Shown in pieces: positions 8,179 through 15,845 of a stretch of DNA of 19,850 nucleotides. The DNA comes from a virus. Taxonomy: Duplodnaviria > Heunggongvirae > Uroviricota > Caudoviricetes. The stretch covers positions 89,814-109,663 of the IMG/VR virus record IMGVR_UViG_2609460156_000001, one strand, 5' to 3'. A program made the position numbers and the translations under genes. Below the pieces are notes generated by a model. It did not search any database. It saw nothing but the letters and a program-made list of their open reading frames with translations, and was not told where the DNA came from. Position 1 is the stretch's first letter. Every line of letters begins with the position of its first letter.

Positions 8179-11100
8179 AGAAGGTCCATGCTGAAGGCGG
8201 GGTGAAGCGCATCTACGGCGCCAAGGGAGGTGGTGGTGGCGGTGGCAGCAGTGAATCGCCCGACAGCCTGCATTCGATTGCACGCGCGAAGGTGCTCGAC
8301 GTGATCTCGGCGGGGCCCATCGTGGGGCTGGTGAATGGCCTGCAGTCGGTCTATCTCGACGGCACGCCGATCCAGAACGCGGACGGCTCGCTAAATTTCC
8401 AGAACTACACCGTCGACGCGCGAACCGGCACGCAGGATCAGGACTACATCTCGGGTTTTCCGGCCGTCGAGCGTGAGGCCGGCGTCGGCGTGCCGCTGAC
8501 GTCCGACGCGCCGTGGGTGCGCCAAATCCAGAATACGCAACTGACTGCGGTGCGCGTGCGCTTCGGTGTGCCGGCGCTACAGCGTCAGGACACGTCGAAC
8601 GGCAATATCACGGGCTATCGCGTCGACTATGCGATCGACTTGTCGGTCGACGGCGGGTCGTATGCGCAGGTGCTGGCCGGTGCGTTCGACGGCAAGACGA
8701 CGTCGCTCTATGAGCGCTCGCATCGGATCGAGCTGCCGCGCGCAAAAAATGGTTGGTTGATCCGCGTGCGCCGCATCACGCCGAACGCGCACACGGCGAC
8801 GATCGCCGACGCGATCAACGTCGAGGCGATTACCGAGATCATCGATCGGAAGCTCCGCTATCCGATGACGGCGCTTGTCGGTATGACGTTCGACGCACGT
8901 TCGTTCTCGAGCGTGCCAGTGCGTTCGTATCACGTGCGAGGGATGATCTTCCGAGTCCCGACAAACTACGACCCGGAGACGCGTACGTACTCGGGTACAT
9001 GGGACGGTACGTTCAAGGCAGCATGGACGAACAATCCGGCGTGGGTCTACTACGGCCTACTTCTCGACAAGCTCAACGGATTGGGTGACCGTGTCGATGC
9101 TTCGATGGTCGATAAGTGGGCGCTGTACGCAATCGCGCGTTACTGCGACGAACTCGTGTCCGACGGGAAGGGCGGCAAGGAGCCGCGCTTCACCTGCAAC
9201 TGCGTGCTTCAGACGCGCGCGGACGCATTCAAGGTGGTACAGGATCTCGCGAGCGTCTTTCGCGGCATTTCGTACTGGGGCGCCGGGTCGGTGGTCGCGT
9301 CGGCCGATATGCCGTCCGATCCGGTCTACCTGTACACGGCCGCGAATGTCGTCGGTGGTTCATTCAAGTACGTCGGCAGCGAACGCAAGACGCGTTACAC
9401 GGTCGCGCTCGTCAGCTACAACGATCCGACGAACCAGTACAAGCAAGCTGTCGAGCCCGTGCAGGACGACGACGGGATCGCGCGATATGGCGTCATCAAG
9501 ACGGAGGTCACGGCGTTCGGCTGCACGTCGCAGGCGCAGGCGCACCGGCTCGGGCGCTGGCTGCTGCTGACGTCGCGGTACGAGACCGGGACGGTGTCGT
9601 TTCAGGTCGGGCTCGACGGGACGCTTTGTGCGCCGGGACAGGTGATCGCCGTTGCCGACCCAAAGAAGGCCGGCCGCCGGATCGGCGGGCGCATCCGCGC
9701 AGCGGCTGGCGAAAGGATCACGCTCGACAAGGCGCCGACAATCGCCGCCGGCGATCGCTTCACGGCGATTCTGCCGTCGGGTATTGCCCAGGCGCGCGCA
9801 GTCAAGTCGGTCGACGGCGACACGGTCACGCTCGCCGAGCGCTTCGACGCCGATCCGGTGGCGGGCGCTGTGTGGATGATCGAAAGCCGCGAGCTCGCGG
9901 CGCAGCAGTATCGCGTTGTGAGCGTGCAGGAAAGCGACGACGACGGCCAGATCGTCTACACGATCAACGCGACGCAGTACGAGCCGGGGAAGTACGCGGC
10001 GATCGACGACGGCGCACAGATTCAGCAACGGCCGATCACGATCGTTCCGCCATCGGTGCAGCCGCCGCCGTCGAACGTCCGCCTCTCGACATACTCGGTG
10101 GTCGATCAGGGTATTTCGAAAACAACGATGGTGATCGCGTGGGATGCAGCGAACCACGCGACAAGCTACGTCGTCGAATGGCGGAAGGATAACGGCGAGT
10201 GGGTGAAGGTGCCGTCGACAGGCGGCCTGCAGGTCGAGGTGCCGGGAATCTATCAGGGCAAGTACCTCGCGCGGGTGCGCGCCGAGAACGCGCTCGGCGT
10301 GACGTCGATTCCGGCGTACGGCGTCGATACGCAACTGACCGGGAAAACCACTCCGCCGCCGTCGGTCGTGTCGCTGACTGCGGCGGGCATCGTGTACGGG
10401 ATCGATCTGAAATGGGCGTTTCCGGGTGACGGATCCGCTGGCGACACGCAGCGAACGGAGATCTGGTACAGCCGCACGCCGAATCGCGACGACGCGACCA
10501 AGTTCTCCGACTTCGCGTATCCGCAGGCGTCGACGTCGTATCAGGGGCTCGCGGTCGGGCAGGTGTTTTATTTCTGGGCGCGCCTGGTCGACACGTCCGG
10601 CAACGTCGGGCCGTGGTTCCCGGCGAAGGGGCCGGGCGTGCAGGGGCAGCCGAGCACGGATCAAAGCGACTACGAGAAGTATTTCGCCGGCCAGATCGGG
10701 AAGTCGGCGCTTGGCACGGAGCTGCGCGCGCCGATCGACCTAATCACCCCGCCGATGGCCGGCGACGCAACGATCTACGCGGGCGACGAAAGGCTCAATG
10801 CTGGCGTGTGGTCGCTGCAGGCGGCGATCGCCGAGGGCGATATGGCGGTCGCGAAGAAAGTCGAAACAGTCGCGGCCCAGTTGCACTCGGGCTCGAATCT
10901 GCTGAACGCCGCGGTGCAGAAGGAGACGATTGCGCGTGTCGAAGCTGATCGTGCGATGGCGCAGGACATCACGACTGTACAGGCGAAGGTGAACGACAAC
11001 GCGGCCGCTGTACAAACCGTGGCGCAGTCCTACGCCGATCTGAACGGACGCGTCGCGGCGTCGTATCAGATCAAGGTGCAGACGACCGTCGACGGACGCA

Positions 11101-11480
11101 AGTACATGGCATCGATCGGCGTGGGCATGGACAACGACAACGGCATCGTCGAATCGCAGGTGCTTGTGTCTGCGAAGCGATTCGCCGTGATCGACGAGGG
11201 CGGTGCAGGCGTGATCGGCGCGCCGTTCGTTGTGCAAGGCGGGCAAGTGTTTTTGCGGCAGGCGCTGATCGGTGCGGGCTGGATCACGAACGCGATGATC
11301 GGCAACTATATCCAGTCCGACAACTACATCGCGGGGCGGCAGGGTTGGCGGTGGGACAAGTCCGGTTGGATGGAAATCAACTCCGTGAACGGAAGCGGCA
11401 TTCGGACGGTTATCGACGGAAACGGAGTGCGGGTGTACGACGGCAACGGCGTGCTTCGCGTGCGAATGGGGATGTGGTGA
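8175..11480 (+). CDS. J: Central tail fibre / tail tip host-specificity protein gpJ, 1101 aa
   Basis: TTG at 8175 overlaps the I stop and has GGAGGA at 8163-8168 (alternative GTG at 8202). Contains GAKGGGG, LDVISAGPIVGL, WTNNPAW, EPRFTCN, FN3-like segments, a coiled coil and a DUF1983-like block (YMASIGVG...SQVLVSAKRFAV). The ORF-track start at 7944 is a spurious extension into gene I. Confidence 0.95.
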   Translation: MKKVHAEGGVKRIYGAKGGGGGGGSSESPDSLHSIARAKVLDVISAGPIVGLVNGLQSVYLDGTPIQNADGSLNFQNYTVDARTGTQDQDYISGFPAVEREAGVGVPLTSDAPWVRQIQNTQLTAVRVRFGVPALQRQDTSNGNITGYRVDYAIDLSVDGGSYAQVLAGAFDGKTTSLYERSHRIELPRAKNGWLIRVRRITPNAHTATIADAINVEAITEIIDRKLRYPMTALVGMTFDARSFSSVPVRSYHVRGMIFRVPTNYDPETRTYSGTWDGTFKAAWTNNPAWVYYGLLLDKLNGLGDRVDASMVDKWALYAIARYCDELVSDGKGGKEPRFTCNCVLQTRADAFKVVQDLASVFRGISYWGAGSVVASADMPSDPVYLYTAANVVGGSFKYVGSERKTRYTVALVSYNDPTNQYKQAVEPVQDDDGIARYGVIKTEVTAFGCTSQAQAHRLGRWLLLTSRYETGTVSFQVGLDGTLCAPGQVIAVADPKKAGRRIGGRIRAAAGERITLDKAPTIAAGDRFTAILPSGIAQARAVKSVDGDTVTLAERFDADPVAGAVWMIESRELAAQQYRVVSVQESDDDGQIVYTINATQYEPGKYAAIDDGAQIQQRPITIVPPSVQPPPSNVRLSTYSVVDQGISKTTMVIAWDAANHATSYVVEWRKDNGEWVKVPSTGGLQVEVPGIYQGKYLARVRAENALGVTSIPAYGVDTQLTGKTTPPPSVVSLTAAGIVYGIDLKWAFPGDGSAGDTQRTEIWYSRTPNRDDATKFSDFAYPQASTSYQGLAVGQVFYFWARLVDTSGNVGPWFPAKGPGVQGQPSTDQSDYEKYFAGQIGKSALGTELRAPIDLITPPMAGDATIYAGDERLNAGVWSLQAAIAEGDMAVAKKVETVAAQLHSGSNLLNAAVQKETIARVEADRAMAQDITTVQAKVNDNAAAVQTVAQSYADLNGRVAASYQIKVQTTVDGRKYMASIGVGMDNDNGIVESQVLVSAKRFAVIDEGGAGVIGAPFVVQGGQVFLRQALIGAGWITNAMIGNYIQSDNYIAGRQGWRWDKSGWMEINSVNGSGIRTVIDGNGVRVYDGNGVLRVRMGMW

Positions 11481-11482
11481 GC

Positions 11483-11791
11483 ATGGATGCGGGATTATGG
11501 ATTTGGGACGGAGCGGCGCGCCTCATGCTCGACGGAACGACACGCTGTGGCCGGATCGTTGGAATGCAGCGTATTCAAGAGGGCATGGACGGCAGCGCGG
11601 CGGCAGATCTCTCGCGCGGGGAACCGTTCTGGGCATTCATGCCCGATTGGTTGTTCCGGCACATTTCGATGAACGCCCCGGTGCCCAACGTGGAAATCAA
11701 TGCGGGTGGGGTGCGATGGTGGTTCAGCCGCGACGGTAATAGCAGCAATCGAACGCCGGTGCCGGGCTGGCTTGTCTACGGGGTTTTCTGA
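11483..11791 (+). CDS. Putative tail-tip accessory protein, 102 aa
   Basis: Directly follows J (GTG at 11477 overlaps the J stop, ATG at 11483). Begins GLWIWDGAARLMLDGT, like the small beta-rich genes after J in HK97/N15/T1-type tails. Function inferred from position. Confidence 0.65.
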   Translation: MDAGLWIWDGAARLMLDGTTRCGRIVGMQRIQEGMDGSAAADLSRGEPFWAFMPDWLFRHISMNAPVPNVEINAGGVRWWFSRDGNSSNRTPVPGWLVYGVF

Positions 11792-12525
11792 TGGATGGAA
11801 GATTTCAAGCCTTTACAGAAGGGGGGCTGTTTCAGATCGACGGTTCGACGCCGAACTATCAACTCGTTCAGTCGATGGTGGCGATATCGCAACTGATTCG
11901 TATTGAGACGGTCAGGAACGACAAGAATATTCCCTACGAAGGGCAATTTTGGGTGTGCTCGTTCACGTTCTCTGCTGAAGTTCCGCTATATGCGTTCTCC
12001 ACTGATCCGGGAGTGGGGATATCGATTTGGGACTCCTATAGCAACGACGGGCGGACCTACACGGTGCGCCTTATTACCGAAACGCAGGCTACCGTGCGCT
12101 TCTTTGTGTTTTCCAACGTCCCGCCGGTGGATCATGGATTCGGGCTGCAGGTGTTCAACGAGCGCAGTCAATTGATTGCAGATGCGTTGACGCCGTTTTA
12201 CCGTGTGCTCGACGTGGTTCAGGATGTCTACATGAATGGAACGGGCTGGACGGTGGAGGGTGCTCCCAGTCCTCAATGGCAGCAGCGATTGTATGATCGT
12301 CCGGTGTTGATTTCGGGAATGTGGCCCGCGCATTTTATTTGGGGGTCGTCGAACAGCAATCAGCGGCTGTGGGACATCCTTGAGATAAGCGCCGTACGGG
12401 TGAGCGGCGGCAACGTATCTTGGGGGACGCTGCTATACAACGGCGGCCGACATCCCAATGTCGCAACGTTTCGCGAATGTTGGTACTATCGATTCATGGT
12501 GTTGGACGGAACCGGGATCATCTAA
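11791..12525 (+). CDS. Putative tail-tip / receptor-binding accessory protein, 244 aa
   Basis: TGATG coupling to the previous gene. Contains two similar beta motifs (FQAFTEGGLFQID and FGLQVFNERSQLIAD) and is aromatic-rich. Function inferred from position. Confidence 0.65.
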   Translation: MDGRFQAFTEGGLFQIDGSTPNYQLVQSMVAISQLIRIETVRNDKNIPYEGQFWVCSFTFSAEVPLYAFSTDPGVGISIWDSYSNDGRTYTVRLITETQATVRFFVFSNVPPVDHGFGLQVFNERSQLIADALTPFYRVLDVVQDVYMNGTGWTVEGAPSPQWQQRLYDRPVLISGMWPAHFIWGSSNSNQRLWDILEISAVRVSGGNVSWGTLLYNGGRHPNVATFRECWYYRFMVLDGTGII

Positions 12526-12528
12526 TAC

Positions 12529-12549
12529 GCCGCCTTTGGGCGGCTTTTT
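12529..12549 (+). terminator. Intrinsic terminator at the end of the tail genes
   Basis: GCCGCC-tttg-GGCGGC followed by TTTTT, 3 nt after the stop at 12525. Confidence 0.8.
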
Positions 12550-12567
12550 CATTTCTGCGAGGAGTGG

Positions 12568-12780
12568 ATGCGAGCTAGTCCTACGGAAGCCGTGAGCTAC
12601 GCGGGAAGCATAGCGTCGGTCGCGTCGTCGCTTACGTTGACCGATATCGGCGTGATCGTCGGTATTCTCACGGCGATCGCGACTTTCGGTTTGAATTTTT
12701 ACTTCGCACGACGTAAGGATCGTCGAGAGCAGATCGAGCTCGCTGCACGCCTGCGTGAACTGGAGCATCACGATGGCTGA
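12568..12780 (+). CDS. Holin, phage-21 S-like (pinholin-like), 70 aa
   Basis: Weakly hydrophobic Ala/Ser/Gly first segment, second TM (IGVIVGILTAIATFGLNFYF) and basic tail RRKDRR, resembling S21 LTNLYFKIREDRR. First gene of the lysis cassette. Confidence 0.85.
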   Translation: MRASPTEAVSYAGSIASVASSLTLTDIGVIVGILTAIATFGLNFYFARRKDRREQIELAARLRELEHHDG

Positions 12781-13264
12781 GAAGAAGACGCTGATTGGAG
12801 TGGTAGGGGCCGCGACAGCGGCCCTTTTGCTTTCTATCATTCCTGCATTTGAAGGTGAGGTGCTTGTCGCGCGGCCAGATCCAATCGGCATCGTCACGGC
12901 ATGCAACGGCGATACGAAAGACGTGTACGCGGGCCAGCGCTTCACGCGTGATGAATGCCGCGCGCGGCTCGAGCAACGGCTCATCGAGCACGCGGAGCCG
13001 GTCCTGACGTGCACGCCCGGCTTGAGGGGGCGCACATATCAGCTCGCGGCGGCGGTGAGCTTCGCCTACAACATCGGGCCGCGCGCCTACTGCGGCAGCA
13101 CAACGGCGAGGCGGTTCAATGCGGGCGACTGGCGGGGCGCGTGTCGCGCGATCAACGAGTCGGACAACGGTCGGCCGCAGTGGGTGACTGCTGGCGGTCG
13201 AGTGCTGCCGGGTCTCGTGAAACGCCGCGCTACTGAACGCGCAATTTGTGAGCGGGGGCTGTGA
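12773..13264 (+). CDS. SAR endolysin, GH24 lysozyme, 163 aa
   Basis: ATG at 12773 with GGAG at 12762-12765. KK plus a Gly/Ala-rich hydrophobic N-terminus runs directly into the catalytic E-x8-D-x5-T triad (EGEVLVARPDPIGIVT). Also SFAYNIG and GLVKRRATE. Confidence 0.93.
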   Translation: MAEKKTLIGVVGAATAALLLSIIPAFEGEVLVARPDPIGIVTACNGDTKDVYAGQRFTRDECRARLEQRLIEHAEPVLTCTPGLRGRTYQLAAAVSFAYNIGPRAYCGSTTARRFNAGDWRGACRAINESDNGRPQWVTAGGRVLPGLVKRRATERAICERGL

Positions 13265-13809
13265 TGCCGAAAGCAGCTCTGTATCTGTTGGCCGCGCTGC
13301 TTGGCATGGCGGCCGGCGCTTGCGTCGAGCACCTGATCGGCGCACATCGGCTTGCCGACGAGCAGGCCGCGCGGGCGTTCGACGCGCAGCGGCATGCCGA
13401 AGCGTTGGGCAAGATCTCGCGCGCCGCGCTCGACGCCGAGCAGCGTGCGATCGCCGCGCACGATGCCGCCGCGTCGGCGGTGGCCGCCGTCGACCAACGA
13501 ACCACGAAGGAGAGGAACGAGCATGAAGCAGAGAGTCGCAGCCTGCGGGCTGCTCTTGCCGCTGGCACTGAGCGGCTGCGCGTCGCTGTCCGACACTGCA
13601 CGGCAGCCGGTGGCGACGGCGTGCCCGGCGCTTCCAGCGCCGCCGGCGTGGGCGATGGTGCCGCCGCCTATGCAGACGTCGACGCAGCGGTTGCGGAACG
13701 CGTTTTCGGCGTCGCCGGCGACGATCAGCGCGAGATCGACAAACTGACGGCCCTACAGGGCTACGTGTGCGCAGTCCGGCCTAAGACTCCGGGCTGCGAA
13801 CAGAAGTAA
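13264..13809 (+). CDS. Rz: i-spanin (Rz), 181 aa
   Basis: TGATG overlap with the endolysin. N-terminal TM, Ala-rich coiled coil, LAAGTERLRVAVRHC, and C-terminal LQGYVC...C. Confidence 0.9.
   Translation: MPKAALYLLAALLGMAAGACVEHLIGAHRLADEQAARAFDAQRHAEALGKISRAALDAEQRAIAAHDAAASAVAAVDQRTTKERNEHEAESRSLRAALAAGTERLRVAVRHCTAAGGDGVPGASSAAGVGDGAAAYADVDAAVAERVFGVAGDDQREIDKLTALQGYVCAVRPKTPGCEQK
13523..13747 (+). CDS. Rz1: o-spanin lipoprotein (Rz1), fully embedded in Rz in the +1 frame, 74 aa
   Basis: AGGAGAGGA upstream, signal peptide MKQRVAACGLLLPLALSG-C with lipobox LSGC, and Pro-rich CPALPAPPAWAM like lambda Rz1. The ORF-track start at 13352 is too early. Confidence 0.9.
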   Translation: MKQRVAACGLLLPLALSGCASLSDTARQPVATACPALPAPPAWAMVPPPMQTSTQRLRNAFSASPATISARSTN

Positions 13810-13819
13810 CGAGAAACAG

Positions 13820-13917
13820 GGCGACCGGCGTGCGTGCGGGAACACGCATGCCGGTCGCCTTTCCACTGTCCGTGCCAGTGAATCGGCCAAGGCCCTGCTT
13901 GCCTACGTAGGCGGGCC
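13820..13917 (+). promoter_or_regulatory. Structured RNA leader (three tandem hairpins) upstream of the methyltransferase
   Basis: 17-bp stem 13820-13836/13843-13859 (one G-U). CACTG/CAGTG stem at 13864-13880. GGCCC...GCCTA-CG-TAGGC-GGGCC stem at 13891-13917. Function unknown. Confidence 0.6.
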
Positions 13918-13951
13918 GGATTCTACATCAAGTTTAAAAACGGCTTTCACA

Positions 13952-14740
13952 ATGGCAAATCCCATTATTCCCTGGATCGGCGGCAAGCGTCGACTCGCTG
14001 ACCACATCATCCCGCGCTTTCCGAAGCACGACTGTTACGTCGAGGTGTTCGCGGGCGGGGCGGCGCTGTACTTCATGCGACCGCCAGCCAGGGTCGAGGT
14101 GATCAACGATATCAACGGCGAGCTGGTGAACCTGTATCGCGTCGTTCAGCACCATCTCGAAGAGTTCGTGCGTCAGTTCAAATGGGCGCTGACGAGCCGG
14201 CAGGTGTTCGAGTGGCTGAAGCATACGGTCCCGGAAACCCTCACCGACATCCAGCGTGCGGCACGCTTCTACTACCTGCAAAAAAGTTGCTTTGGCGGGA
14301 AGCTTGAAGGGCAGACGTTCGGAACGGCGACGACTACGGTGCCGGGCCTGAACCTGCTGCGCATCGAAGAAGAGCTATCGGCGGCGCACATTCGTCTCGC
14401 GAATGCGTACATCGAGCGGCTCGATTGGGCGACCTGCATCGATCGTTACGATCGGCCGCACACGCTGTTCTACCTTGATCCGCCGTACTTCGAGACTGAA
14501 GGGTACGGCGTCGCATTCCCTTTCACGGAGTACGAGAAGATGGCCGAGCGGCTGCGGTCGATCAAGGGGCGCGCGATCGTCAGCCTCAACGACCATCCGG
14601 AGATCCGGCGCGTGTTCGCCGGTTTCCATATCGAGAGCGTGCCGATTCAGTACACGATAGGCGGCGGGAAGGGCGTCGAGCGCCGCGAGCTGATCATTTT
14701 CAGTTGGGACGATGCGGCGCAGCCAGTCGGGCTGTTCTGA
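13952..14740 (+). CDS. DNA adenine methyltransferase, D12/Dam-like class, 262 aa
   Basis: PWIGGKRRL, YVEVFAGGAAL (SAM-binding motif), EVINDINGELVNLY, RAARFYYLQ and FYLDPPY (catalytic DPPY). Confidence 0.95.
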   Translation: MANPIIPWIGGKRRLADHIIPRFPKHDCYVEVFAGGAALYFMRPPARVEVINDINGELVNLYRVVQHHLEEFVRQFKWALTSRQVFEWLKHTVPETLTDIQRAARFYYLQKSCFGGKLEGQTFGTATTTVPGLNLLRIEEELSAAHIRLANAYIERLDWATCIDRYDRPHTLFYLDPPYFETEGYGVAFPFTEYEKMAERLRSIKGRAIVSLNDHPEIRRVFAGFHIESVPIQYTIGGGKGVERRELIIFSWDDAAQPVGLF

Positions 14741-14848
14741 TCGATTGGCTGCGCGCGTTGCTCGTCTATGTCTGCGGAAGAGTTTCGTAATTGTTGTGTA
14801 ATATTTCGTCCGCGGGGCATGGTATATCAATAAGAACCTGGGATCAAA

Positions 14849-15727
14849 ATGAAGAAAACGATCATTGCGATAGTGGTGGCGGCGACGCTGGTAGCATGTG
14901 GGGGCGGAAACGACGGGCCGACAGCGTCCAGTCCAGCGATCAAGTTGACGTATTCAGGGGCACCGATCGTCGCGGCGCGTTCCGCTCGTGTGATGGCTGC
15001 AGCTGCGTCGACGACGGGCGGTGGAGCCGTGTCGAGCACGCAAGCAACTATCGATGCGCTACAGAACGCGTTTAAGGCGCGCGGTGCCGATATCGGCGTG
15101 TATCCCGGCGTCGTCGACGGAACTGCGTTGCATCAACTGGTGATGGCGGAAAGCGGCGGCGTTGGCCCTACGCACGACGAGGTATTCAACGCGAATATCA
15201 ACGTCAGCGAATGGGTGTTGATGAATTTCGAGTTCGACGACATGACGGGCTACATCGACACACCCGAGAAGCAGGCGGCGGTCGATCAGTTCAAGCAAGA
15301 TCTCGCCGTGTACGGTGCGCGAGAATACATGAAAGGTCGCGTTGTGCATGCCGTCTTGCCCATCGTGTCATGCCAGCCGGAGCGGGTCGAGCGGTTCATC
15401 GACGCGGCGGGTTTTGCTCATGAGCGCCGATATCCGACCGCGTCACGGGCACTGTACGGGGCGATCAATTCTGCATCTCGTAGTGGAGCGGTATCGTTCT
15501 TGACGGTCGGCGGAGTCTATCAGTCGAATCCCGGGCACATGGGCGATGACTGTTCCACTCCGGACCAGTCTGCGCAAGACGAGCAGATTAGCCGCATCGT
15601 CGATCCGCTCGTGATCAATTACCATACGGCGCTCGATACTATCGACAAGTGCAAACACAATCCCGAGGCAATTCCTGAGTATGAGCGAGCGGGGCAGTGC
15701 TGGGGGATCGAGCCGGAAAAGAAATAG
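14849..15727 (+). CDS. Moron lipoprotein, 292 aa, possible degenerate SGNH/GDSL fold
   Basis: MKKTIIAIVVAATLVA-C17 lipobox, A/T-rich upstream gap and its own terminator. The fold call is inferred from motif spacing only. Confidence 0.8.
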   Translation: MKKTIIAIVVAATLVACGGGNDGPTASSPAIKLTYSGAPIVAARSARVMAAAASTTGGGAVSSTQATIDALQNAFKARGADIGVYPGVVDGTALHQLVMAESGGVGPTHDEVFNANINVSEWVLMNFEFDDMTGYIDTPEKQAAVDQFKQDLAVYGAREYMKGRVVHAVLPIVSCQPERVERFIDAAGFAHERRYPTASRALYGAINSASRSGAVSFLTVGGVYQSNPGHMGDDCSTPDQSAQDEQISRIVDPLVINYHTALDTIDKCKHNPEAIPEYERAGQCWGIEPEKK

Positions 15728-15738
15728 TTCGTTCAGTT

Positions 15739-15763
15739 GCCCCGGTCGCTCGACCGGGGCTTT
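15739..15763 (+). terminator. Intrinsic-terminator-like hairpin after the lipoprotein gene
   Basis: GCCCCGGTC-gctc-GACCGGGGC followed by TTT (short U tract). Confidence 0.65.
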
Positions 15764-15829
15764 GCATCCAAAATCGGGTGCATTGTTTTGATCCAATTCC
15801 GGTGTTCGCGGAATTACGAATTTGGATTC

Positions 15830-15845
15830 CTGTTATGTCTGACAG
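15830..15845. promoter_or_regulatory. CTGT-N8-ACAG palindrome (LexA-box-like) upstream of PAAR
   Basis: CTGT-TATGTCTG-ACAG with flanking C/G extending the symmetry. The spacer is less A/T-rich than in a typical strong box. Confidence 0.35.

Noticed and set aside
8577-11305. Alternative-frame and antisense ORFs inside J (9116-10192 +, 9360-10664 -, others)
   Set aside because: Expected from GC3 bias; low-complexity Arg-rich translations fully overlapping a well-supported gene.
4727-12525. Diversity-generating retroelement or invertible tail-fibre cassette
   Set aside because: No reverse transcriptase, invertase, template/variable repeat pair or flanking inverted sites were noticed. This was read by eye only; a self-dotplot would be decisive.
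14784-14848. A specific sigma70 promoter for the lipoprotein gene
   Set aside because: The gap is A/T-rich with TG-G-TATATC at 14820-14828, but I found no -35/-10 pair at proper spacing, so none is called.
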